A DNA stretch of 64,000 bases, from the NCBI GenBank assembly GCA_007121775.1, contig SKJY01000097.1, forward strand, positions 5,138 to 69,137, given 5' to 3'. Source of the stretch: Gemmatimonadota bacterium (GTDB taxonomy: Bacteria; Gemmatimonadota; Gemmatimonadetes; Longimicrobiales; Gaopeijiaceae). The translations under genes and the position numbers were made by a program. Positions 1 to 11,008 of this stretch are shown here, piece after piece (within the stretch, counting starts at the first letter, position 1; each line of letters opens with the position of its first letter). The notes under the pieces were generated by a model. That model made no database searches. It saw only the letters and a list, made by a program, of their open reading frames with translations, and had not been told where the DNA came from.

Positions 1-40
1 CTACTGTGGGCCCAAATGTGAGAATACACCGCAAAATGAG

Positions 41-75
41 CGGGGGCGGAACCGATGGATCCGGCTCCGCCCCCG
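41..75 (-). terminator. Probable intrinsic terminator downstream of gyrB
   Basis: Inverted repeat cgggggcgga (41-50)/tccgcccccg (66-75), extended by a G-U pair on the minus strand and followed by CTCATTTT; 35 nt after the gyrB stop. Confidence 0.6.
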
Positions 76-109
76 GTTGTGCCGCGCTGCCCGCCTGGAA
101 CCGTCGCCT

Positions 110-2779
<2,670 letters not shown>

Positions 2780-2783
<4 letters not shown>

Positions 2784-3979
2784 CGGAGGATCCTCCCGTC
2801 GCGGATCCCCCAGCGCTCGATCCCTTCCTGTCGGAAACGGATCTCGGCCTTTCTCGGCGCGGTCAGGATCACCTGTCCCACCGCAGTACGATGGAGTAAG
2901 TCCAGCAGGCGCATGGACCGCGCCTCGTCCAACTCCGCGAAGACATCGTCCATGAGAAGAAGGGGTTCGCGCCCCCGGCGGCGGCGGATCGTCTCCGCTT
3001 CCAGAAGCCTGAGCCCCAGGGCGACACTTCGTCGCTGGCCCCCGGAGCCGAAGCGGCGCACGTCCTGGGCCCCCTCCCCCGGTGCCAGGAGGAGGAGGAG
3101 TTCGTCCCGGTGAGGCCCCACGGTGGTCGTACCGAGTCGTACGTCACGGTCCCGGGCCTCCCGCAACGCCACCTCCAATGCCTCGCTCACTCCTTCCAGC
3201 TCCAATTGCCCCTCCGGCAGGCCGGGAATACCTGAGTCCAGGGTCATCCTGGCTCCGGTCCCGCCGGAGATCTCCTCGTGGATCCGGGAGAAGGACGCGG
3301 CCATGGTGTCGATCCACCGGCTACGGAAAACAGTGACCCGGGAGCCGGCGTCCACCAGGAGTGGTTCCCACGCATGGGTCTGGGGTGAATGCCCGCCGGC
3401 CTTCAGAGCTGCGTTGCGCTGGGAGAGCACCTGCCGGTACCGCTGCAGGGCCGCCATGTAGCCAGGTTCACTGAGCGAGAGCACGATGTCCAGATACCGG
3501 CGCCGCACATGAGGTCCGTCATCCACCAGCGCCAGGTCCGCCGGCGTGAACAGGACGGCGCAGACATGACCCACCCCGTCACCGAGGCGCTCCGTCTCAA
3601 CATCGTCCAGAGTGACCTTCTTCCGCCCGCCGGATCGTTGCCAGGCAGCCGCCACGGTCCTTTCAGGACGCCCTCCCTGGAAAGGCGCGTCATTCTCCGC
3701 TGTGACGACGCGACCCTGGAGACGGAATACATCGCCGCCGAAGCGAACCAGATCCCGATCGGGCGCTCCGCGAAAGGAGCGGAGAACCTCGAGGTAGTAG
3801 ATGGCCTCCAGGAGATTACTCTTCCCCTGGGCATTGGGGCCCACTACAGCCACGCCCTCCGGTGGGAACTCCAGCGCGTCGTCCACCAGATTCCGGAAGC
3901 TCCGCAGCACCAACTGGGCAAGCCTCAAGTGCGCTCGTCTCCGGTCCGTTGCCTCAGCGACCCTGGAAATCGGGGGCAC
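2780..3979 (-). CDS. recF: DNA replication/repair protein RecF
   Basis: LRSFRNL, Walker A GPNAQGKSNLLEAI, QRNAALK, GPHRD, SGGQRR, LLLMDDVFAELD. Start may instead be TTG 3928. Confidence 0.96.
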
Positions 3980-4739
3980 GCTTCTCCAGAAAAGCCGTCA
4001 GCCCCTCCCTCATGTCGTCGGTGGCGGCCAGGAGCCCGAAGAGTGCCGCCTCATGATCCAGTGCCCGGGCCGACTCGGTCTCAACGGCGTGGTAGACCGA
4101 CTGGAGGGCCATCCGCAGCGCCACCGGTCCGTGCTTGATCACCCTACCCATGAATTCCCGGGCGCCAGCCTCCAGTTCGGCCCGGGGGACCACACCGCTC
4201 ACCAGGCCAATCCGCTCCGCCTTTCCGGCGTCCACCATCTCTCCGGTGAGGGTCATCTGGACCGCTAGCCCGAGTCCAACCAGACGGGCGAGCCGGACCG
4301 TACCGCCGTAGCCGGGGATCAGTCCCAGCCCGACCTCCGGGAGACCGAAGCGGGCATTCTCAGAGGCCAGACGAAGGTGGCACGCCAGAGCGAGTTCGCA
4401 TCCCCCCCCGAGGGCATATCCGCCTACCGCAGCGAGGACGGGCTTGGGGAAGCGTTCAATCCGGTTGAGCACTCCCTGCCCCTGCCGGCTGATCTCCACG
4501 GCCCGGGCAGGATCCATCTCCGCCAGGACGCCGATGTCCGCGCCGGCGACGAATGCCTTCTCACCGGCACCGGTGAGAATCACACCCAGAACGTCCTCGT
4601 TGGACTCCACGGAGCGGAAAGCCGAATCCAGCTCCTCCAGGACCTGGGGGTTCAGGGCGTTGAGCTTCTTTTGACGATCAATGGTAATGGTGGCGATACG
4701 ATCGTCGATCTCCACACGGACGAGTGCGTCTCCGGTCAT
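3954..4739 (-). CDS. Enoyl-CoA hydratase/crotonase family protein
   Basis: KLNALN, AFVAGADI, ALGGGCELALACH, FGLPEVGLGLIPGYGGT; start set at ATG 4739. Confidence 0.93.
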   Translation of the reverse strand: MTGDALVRVEIDDRIATITIDRQKKLNALNPQVLEELDSAFRSVESNEDVLGVILTGAGEKAFVAGADIGVLAEMDPARAVEISRQGQGVLNRIERFPKPVLAAVGGYALGGGCELALACHLRLASENARFGLPEVGLGLIPGYGGTVRLARLVGLGLAVQMTLTGEMVDAGKAERIGLVSGVVPRAELEAGAREFMGRVIKHGPVALRMALQSVYHAVETESARALDHEAALFGLLAATDDMREGLTAFLEKRAPDFQGR

Positions 4740-5083
4740 GATGAACCCCGATGGCAGGTTGAAAAGGGTCAGGTTCGGTGACGGGTACGGCGGGGCCGAT
4801 CCCTTGGGGCAAGTCACCGGTGCCTCGATCCTCCGGATGGGTTGCCCCAAGCATCCGGATCTCCCCCCAATGGTACCGACCCCCGCCTCCAGGGCCAACC
4901 GGGAGCCCACCGGTCTACCCGGACCAGCTCACCCGGACCGTCTCGGCCTGGCCGACCGACGCTCGCCAGGCCAAGCCGGCCGATCCGCACTGGCCGACTC
5001 GGCTCGAACGCTCCAGGCGGGTCCAGCCGGGTCACAGCGGCCAGGCACGAATACGTGGGCCCGCTCTCCGTCCCATGCGGCCA

Positions 5084-5112
5084 TGGTCACGACCCGGTCC
5101 CGGGTATACCTT
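5084..5112 (+). promoter_or_regulatory. Putative sigma70 promoter of ssb
   Basis: TGGTCA-N17-TACCTT, about 115 nt upstream of the ssb ATG. Confidence 0.4.
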
Positions 5113-5228
5113 CCCCGTATGGAAGAGGCTGGGGTACCGGTGGTGGAGCCGGTACCGGCAGTCCCTTCCCCATCCGCCCTTCCAGACCCAACCCGCGCCC
5201 CAGAGCGCGAATGGAGACAAAGCACGCC

Positions 5229-5693
5229 ATGGCTCGATCCCTCAACAAGGTCATGCTCATCGGGAACGTCGGTGCCGACCCCGAGATCCGCAGCACCGGA
5301 TCCGGCCTTCGCGTCGGTAAGGTTTCCCTGGCCACGAATCGCACCTTTCAGGACCGATCCGGCCAGCAACAGGAGCGAACCGAATGGCATCGGCTCACCT
5401 TCTTTGGTCGGCTGGCCGAGATCGTGGAACAGTACGTCACAAAGGGCGACCGCCTCTACGTGGAGGGTCGGATCGAGTACTCGCAGTCCGAGGATGACCA
5501 GGGCAATGTCCGGTACTATACGGACATCGTGGTAGGTGAGATGGTCATGCTCGGGCAGGGCGGCCCCTCCGGCACAGGTGCTGGAGGAGGCGGGTTCAGC
5601 GGAGGCGGCAGTCGTTCCGGGAGCGGTTTTGGTGGTGGAACCTCCCGTCCAGGTCCCGATATCTCCGAGCCCGACGACGACCTTCCCTTCTGA
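5229..5693 (+). CDS. ssb: Single-stranded DNA-binding protein
   Basis: MARSLNKVMLIGNVGADPE, ERTEWH, KGDRLYVEGR, Gly-rich linker, C-terminal DDDLPF; GGAG RBS upstream. Confidence 0.97.
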   Translation: MARSLNKVMLIGNVGADPEIRSTGSGLRVGKVSLATNRTFQDRSGQQQERTEWHRLTFFGRLAEIVEQYVTKGDRLYVEGRIEYSQSEDDQGNVRYYTDIVVGEMVMLGQGGPSGTGAGGGGFSGGGSRSGSGFGGGTSRPGPDISEPDDDLPF

Positions 5694-5800
5694 GCCCTCG
5701 CCCCGGCGGAGGCCTTCCGCCGCCTCATCCAGGGACTCCGGAACCGAGATCTGGCAGTCCCGGACACATTCCAGGCTCCATGCCAGGAGTCAATGGATCG

Positions 5801-5851
5801 AAACACGGCGGGTGACGGCCCGGTGAGAATGGGCCGTCACCCGCCGTGTTT
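5801..5851. terminator. 21-bp perfect inverted repeat between convergent genes (probable bidirectional terminator)
   Basis: aaacacggcgggtgacggccc-9 nt loop-gggccgtcacccgccgtgttt; short T runs on both strands. Confidence 0.65.
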
Positions 5852-6190
5852 GTTGCGATCCGGTGCCAACTCCGATTCCCACAAACCGAGAAGTTCGGCC
5901 TCGAAGCGGGAAGGATCCTCCCGGTAGGCCGCCAGCCAGAGCTGGAAGGGAGGAAGGGAAAGCTGTTCGGCGATGCGTCCGGTAGCCAGCCGAACTGCGG
6001 TATCGTAGGAAAACTCCCCGGATTCCCGCCCCTGCGCCTCCGACGAGCGCACTGCCTCTTCCGCCAGGACATAGATCTGATCGGCGGACAGACGGAGAAG
6101 CCTCTCAGCCACTCTGGCCGAGCAATAATCCAGGTACTTGGCCCTGAGGACCTCCGGATCCTCAGGGGCCGGGGTGTCTCCCCCCTGCAT
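5837..6190 (-). CDS. Hypothetical helical protein (LRxxYxxY...LPPFxLW domain)
   Basis: Globular-looking composition; aligns by eye with the C-terminal half of the 8778-9566 protein; start uncertain (6190 or 6208). Confidence 0.7.
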   Translation of the reverse strand: MQGGDTPAPEDPEVLRAKYLDYCSARVAERLLRLSADQIYVLAEEAVRSSEAQGRESGEFSYDTAVRLATGRIAEQLSLPPFQLWLAAYREDPSRFEAELLGLWESELAPDRNKHGG

Positions 6191-6494
6191 CGCTCCGGTC
6201 TGGCTCACGAATCGATCCCCGTGTGAGGGACGACCATCTGTCACACAGGGTCCGGTCGCCGAAAACCACCGAAGCCCTGTGACGAGTATGGCCAACTTCG
6301 GGCAAGGAACCGGAACTCGTCAAGTACATAAGCTGCGGAATTTACCGACGGGTGACGGCAATCGTAGGGGGGATGTCAAGGGTTGGAAGCACCAGCCGAT
6401 ACTCAGAAGTCTCGGTCAAAGGCCTTGATTATGCAAAATGATCAGCTCCACTGGAACACTTTGCGGCGCCCCACCCACCACCCTCAAGTCGCTG

Positions 6495-6749
6495 TCAGGA
6501 AATGAAGGGGGAGCCGGGATGGGCTTCTTGCCCCGCTTGGGCATCCCGAAGCTGATGGAACACGGACCTTCGAGTCAGTCCATATCGAACCAACCGACTC
6601 AAGAATTCGGGATCGGACTTCTGTACTTCGGCCACCTGCACCGCCAGGTCGCGGGGAAGGCTGACATTCAATTGAACGGAACACGTCTCCCATCTAGCTG
6701 GCTTGTTCAATGGATCGCTGGGTTCGATGTGTCGAAGCAGTGGAGGCAC
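6495..6749 (-). CDS. Small hypothetical protein, possible ribbon-helix-helix fold
   Basis: VQLNVSLPRDLAVQVAEVQKSDPEFLSRLVRYGL has an alternating beta strand followed by two helices. Confidence 0.6.
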   Translation of the reverse strand: MPPLLRHIEPSDPLNKPARWETCSVQLNVSLPRDLAVQVAEVQKSDPEFLSRLVRYGLTRRSVFHQLRDAQAGQEAHPGSPFIS

Positions 6750-7193
6750 GCCGCGCCCTGAATGGGGGAAATCTCCCCGACCCGGCGAAGCGAGCTCCCG
6801 TCTTGGGGACTTCGATCATACGAGATCGCCAAAGCCGGCGCAAGCGGTCCGGCACCCCCCCGAAGAAAAGGCGAGGATCCGCAAGTTGTTGCCGTAAATG
6901 GACTTACAAAAAGACCACTTGAAGCTTTCCGCAATCTTCGAGACACCCAATAAAACAAATGTTCCCAATTCCCCACACCCGGATCCATGTAGCCACAAGG
7001 ACTTCGGGAAGAGATCCTGCCGCAAGCACTCCCCGTGCGCCCGGTGCCGTTTTTGGAAAAAGGCGTTTCGAGCATCCGGCTCCGGGAGGGACTACGGCCC
7101 CGCCGGAATAGGCAGCACCCTCCATAGGCCTGCGACGTGTGAGGTCCTTGCACTGAGTGGCACCCCACCCTATCCCGCCCCGAGAGGGGTCCC

Positions 7194-7312
7194 GTTGAGG
7201 CCCCCAGGTTGAGGCCCCCCAAAAGGACTTGACCATGCTCGACGGCCCCAATGGAGGCGTGAGCAGGGGAGATGCTGCCGGAGTCGTGAGCAGGAGAGAT
7301 GCTGCGCGGAGA
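7194..7312. repeat. Two short tandem duplications
   Basis: gttgaggccccc x2 (7194, 7208; period 14) and cgtgagcaggRgagatgctgc x2 (7258, 7285; period 27). Confidence 0.75.
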
Positions 7313-7501
7313 TTGGGTTGAAAACGGGGAAGTGCAGGGAGAAGAGGGAAATGCGCGCAGTATGGGCGAAGCGGCGAAGGATGGGGAATCAGCGCCGGCT
7401 GGGAGAATCCGCGCGGGATAGGTGCCGGGATGGAGGGCACGGGGCGACCAGCCAATCGCGAAAGGTGTGCTACCGGATGGGCTGACCCGGCCGGGTACGG
7501 A

Positions 7502-8455
7502 TCAGTGGATCCGGGACGCCCCGGCGGCGGACCCATCTCCCCTTGAACGCCCCTTTTCAATCGCCGCCGATGGGGTTGACGAAGAGGCTCGAAGCCGGGT
7601 GGATGGAAATACCGGGAACCGCCGGGAACCACCGCCCTCCCGCACCTGCCGGAGAGAATCGCGAGCCCCGAACACGTGAACTCGCTCCGCCACCGCCCCG
7701 TGCCGTTCGGGCTCGAAGAGTGACACCAGCGACATCACCCCCGCCCGGACCCGCGCCAGGAGTTCCCGCGTCTCGGTCACGCTGTCCGGAACGGGGAGGT
7801 CCAACCGATACCTCTGCCGTCCGGAAACGTCCACGGCGCGACTCAGGGAGATCCTCTCGCCGTCCACCCAGGATCGGTCGCCTGAGTGGAATGCCATCGC
7901 CAGAGCCTCTTCCAGCGCCGGCGACGGATGATCCCAGGGGACGTCCACCAGCACCGCCGCCGAATCCGCGTCGAGTAGGAGGGAGATCACCCCATGACCT
8001 GGCACCTCGACTCGGATAGCGGCTCCCTCATGGGGGTCGATATCCTGCACGATATCCCGGAACCCGAGACGAAGGAGGAGGGGCCGGGTGAGGGCTCCGA
8101 AGCCCGTACGATTGAGCACCTTCAGAGCCATGGCGAACCCCATGCGCCGAACCGACTGAGGGTCCTGGTCCAGATTCGATCGGATCCGCTCCACGGCAGA
8201 GGCCAGAACCCACCCGAGGAGGACCACCGGTCCATCGGGATTGAAGAGTCGAACCTCTCCGCTGCCAAGATCGAGAATCCGCCCTTCCCCCCCCGGAGAT
8301 GCGGTCAGAACCACTCCCAACCCCAGGTCCTCCGCCCCTTGGGAGGGCGCCGACCCCGAAGGAGGTCGGTACCGGAGAATGGCTCGCTCCAGGGAAATCT
8401 CGCAGGCTCCGGTAAGGACGACATCTTCCGAGGAACCAGTGGAGAGGGGCGTCAT
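7502..8455 (-). CDS. Hypothetical protein (317 aa)
   Basis: Long ORF with protein-like composition, GGAG upstream of ATG and a TTGCCC-N18-TATGGT promoter-like site upstream; no known motif. Confidence 0.7.
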   Translation of the reverse strand: MTPLSTGSSEDVVLTGACEISLERAILRYRPPSGSAPSQGAEDLGLGVVLTASPGGEGRILDLGSGEVRLFNPDGPVVLLGWVLASAVERIRSNLDQDPQSVRRMGFAMALKVLNRTGFGALTRPLLLRLGFRDIVQDIDPHEGAAIRVEVPGHGVISLLLDADSAAVLVDVPWDHPSPALEEALAMAFHSGDRSWVDGERISLSRAVDVSGRQRYRLDLPVPDSVTETRELLARVRAGVMSLVSLFEPERHGAVAERVHVFGARDSLRQVREGGGSRRFPVFPSTRLRASSSTPSAAIEKGRSRGDGSAAGASRIH

Positions 8456-8777
8456 GGCAAGGTCTCCTGGGGCAGGTGTCTGGGGGCGTCCAGGTGTTCG
8501 GGAATCGGGTCGAGAGAGTCAGGTCGGAAAGGTCTCGACCAGGAGTCGACCTCGGCGGCGGTCCCCCTCCATTCGAAGTCGTACCCTGTCTGGAAGGGGA
8601 CGGCGACCATAACCAAGGGAGGCGTCACCGGGCAAGCGCCTCTATCCAAGACTCCGGAGGGCCATTCCACCCGCTTCCTTGATCCCGCACCCACACCCGG
8701 ACATCTTTCCAATGCCCTGACCGTTGGAATCGTCCCCGGCGCCGCCCTCCCACTTCCCTTCTATTCTCGGCCTTCCT

Positions 8778-9566
8778 TTGAGTGCAGAACAGCCTCACCG
8801 TCGCTCGGTGGGCTTCATCGACCACGAAGGCGAATCCTGGGCCTGTTTCCTGGTCACAGGTCGAAGCCGGGCCGGACGCTGGACCGGCCACTTCTCCTTC
8901 CGTCGCCGCGACGGAAACCCGGATGAAGGCGAGGAGATCCGCACTGCCGACATCTTCGTGGAGGAATCCGAGGGCGAAATCGACCGGAAGGCCAGGGCGC
9001 TGGGGCGTCCACTTCTGGCCGGGCTTCTCGCTTCCGCCCTTCACACCCAGGAGCGGAGGGAACGAAACCCACCGCGTCTGAGACAGTGGTTCCGGGACAT
9101 CCTCCGTTCCAACGCCCGGGAGATCTCGGGCGAGTGGGAGGAGGATGACCTTCAGGTCACGGCGAGGACGGTGGGTGAACTGCGCTCCATCTATTCCTCC
9201 TACCGGATCGATCAGGTGGCTCACTTCATTTCCCTGGTGAACCCGGAGGCGTTCCAGGAGGCGGTAGAGGAGATTCTCTCAGGAGAGAGCTTCGACTTCA
9301 GTGCCCGAGACCGCCTCCAGTTCGCCATGATGGTGGTCGAGCGCATCGAAGGTATGCTCCCCCTTCCTCCATTTGAGCTCTGGGTCAGAGACTACCTTCG
9401 TAACGAACACGCCTACCGGATCTACACCCATGCGCTGCATCGCAAGGGGCCTTCCCCCGGAACGGACCCGGGAGGGGATCCACTGGATCCCTCGGAATCC
9501 CTGCCGAACCGTTCGGAAGCACCGGTCGCCGAACGGGATGTTGATGATCCGGCTTCAAATGACTAG
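8778..9566 (+). CDS. Two-domain hypothetical protein (N-terminal beta-rich domain plus LPPFxLW domain)
   Basis: Protein-like ORF; C-terminal half paralogous to 5837-6190; start chosen at TTG 8778. Confidence 0.75.
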   Translation: MSAEQPHRRSVGFIDHEGESWACFLVTGRSRAGRWTGHFSFRRRDGNPDEGEEIRTADIFVEESEGEIDRKARALGRPLLAGLLASALHTQERRERNPPRLRQWFRDILRSNAREISGEWEEDDLQVTARTVGELRSIYSSYRIDQVAHFISLVNPEAFQEAVEEILSGESFDFSARDRLQFAMMVVERIEGMLPLPPFELWVRDYLRNEHAYRIYTHALHRKGPSPGTDPGGDPLDPSESLPNRSEAPVAERDVDDPASND

Positions 9567-9569
9567 GTT
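9541..9569 (+). promoter_or_regulatory. Putative sigma70 promoter of rpsU
   Basis: TTGATG-N17-TAGGTT, about 60 nt upstream of rpsU. Confidence 0.45.
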
Positions 9570-9627
9570 TTAGAGCTAGTTGTCTGTCAATCCACCGTGC
9601 AGGAATCACCCGAGGAGCGTGATACTC

Positions 9628-9831
9628 TTGGAAGTTATCGTTCAGGAAGGAGAGAACCTCGAGCGGGCCCTTCGGAAGTTCAAGCGCAAGGTACAGCGTT
9701 CGGGCCTCTATTCCGAGTTGCGCAAGCGCCGCTTCTACGAGAAGCCGAGTGCCCAGCGGAAGCGGAAGCGCGAAGCAGCCATCCGGCGCGAGCGTCGCCG
9801 CCAGCGCAGGGATGGTCGGCCCCGGCGTTGA
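9628..9831 (+). CDS. rpsU: 30S ribosomal protein S21
   Basis: EGENLERALRKFKRKV..ELRKRRFYEKPS..RKRKREAA; GAGGAG RBS 10 nt before TTG. Confidence 0.95.
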   Translation: MEVIVQEGENLERALRKFKRKVQRSGLYSELRKRRFYEKPSAQRKRKREAAIRRERRRQRRDGRPRR

Positions 9832-9934
9832 CCAGAGCCGGGCCAGTCTCGCCGATGGTTCTCGGCGAACGATCCCATGAGGTACTTGGAGCGCCTCCTC
9901 CCATCATCCGGGAGGAGGCGCTTCGCCGTTCCTG

Positions 9935-11008
9935 TCATGCTTCCCGTTGGGCACTGTCCAGATAGGCGCTGAACACATCCCTCTGACGAGCCCAGGCGTG
10001 TGCCTCCTCGGCATGGATCACGCCCTCCATGAGCAGATCCATGAGGTGCTGGTCCAGGAGCTGATTGCCGGACTTGCGTCCGGTCTGGATCAGCGCCGGG
10101 ATCTGATGGATGCGCTCTTCCCGGATCAACTGGGCCATAGGTCCGTTCACATTCATCAGTTCGAGCCCGAGCACGCGGCCTTCGGTGGAATCCTTCCGAA
10201 GAAGCACCTGCGCCACGACCCCCCGCAGGTTATCGGCCATCATTCCCAGGATCCTGGGCCGCTCCTCCCGAGGGAAGGCGGCGACGATCCGGGACAGCGT
10301 CTTCCGCACCGATGCGGTAGGGAGGCTTCCCAGCACCAACACGCCGGCTTCACTTGCCTCCAGCGCCAACTCGAAGACCTCCGCCCCGCGGAGTTCGTGG
10401 ACCATCAGGACATCCGGGTCTTCCCGCACGGCAGAGCGGAGGCCCGCGGCGACGGATGCCACGGTGCGACCCACCTCCCTCTGCTGGATCACGGAGCGCC
10501 CGGGCGGCAGAACGAACTCCACGGGATCTTCAAGGGTGATGATGTGCCGTGGATGATTTCGCGCAATCTGTTGGAGCAAGGAAGCCATGGTGGTTGACTT
10601 TCCCGCCCCCCGAGGCCCGGTCACAAGCACCACCCCCCGTTCCAACCGAGCGAAGTCACTCACCGCCTGAGGAAGTCCCAGATCATCCGGTTCCGGAATC
10701 CCATGGGAGACGATTCTGATGGCGGCGGCAACCCCCTGGTCATGCCGGAAGATGTGGACCCGGAAGCGGGCCACACCTGGGATCTCATGGGCGAAGGTCG
10801 CCTCGAACCCGTCCGCGAACTCCTTTCTCACCGCCTCCGGCTGGATCTCCGAAAGCATCTCCCTGATGCCTTCGGCGTCGGTCACATCCCACGAAAGCTC
10901 CCGGAGATCCCCGAACCGCCTCATCATGGGTCTTCTGTGAGGAGTCAGGTGGAGATCGGAGCCTCCCTCAGCGACCACCGTTCGCAGAAGCTCATCCATT
11001 CGGTGCAT
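9935..11008 (-). CDS. PilT/PilU-family ATPase, atypical
   Basis: GSDLHL, RFRVHIF, Walker A GPRGAGKSTT, Asp box TLEDPVEF, REDPDVLMVHELR; His box degenerate (AGVLVLGSLPT); GGGAGG RBS. Confidence 0.9.
   Translation of the reverse strand: MHRMDELLRTVVAEGGSDLHLTPHRRPMMRRFGDLRELSWDVTDAEGIREMLSEIQPEAVRKEFADGFEATFAHEIPGVARFRVHIFRHDQGVAAAIRIVSHGIPEPDDLGLPQAVSDFARLERGVVLVTGPRGAGKSTTMASLLQQIARNHPRHIITLEDPVEFVLPPGRSVIQQREVGRTVASVAAGLRSAVREDPDVLMVHELRGAEVFELALEASEAGVLVLGSLPTASVRKTLSRIVAAFPREERPRILGMMADNLRGVVAQVLLRKDSTEGRVLGLELMNVNGPMAQLIREERIHQIPALIQTGRKSGNQLLDQHLMDLLMEGVIHAEEAHAWARQRDVFSAYLDSAQREA

Noticed and set aside
6750..7500. Possible oriC, given AT-richness and proximity to recF/gyrB
   Set aside because: No cluster of TTATCCACA-like boxes (only one two-mismatch TTCCCCACA) and no dnaA
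6707..7632. ORFs 6904-7632 and 6707-7222 as genes filling the noncoding gap
   Set aside because: Pro/Arg/Gly-rich or atypical composition, overlap neighbouring genes, no RBS or motif
9567..9579. GTTTTAGAGCTAG, identical to the start of the SpCas9 repeat/sgRNA scaffold
   Set aside because: Single 13-nt match with no continuation, no second repeat and no cas gene; it overlaps the predicted rpsU -10 region
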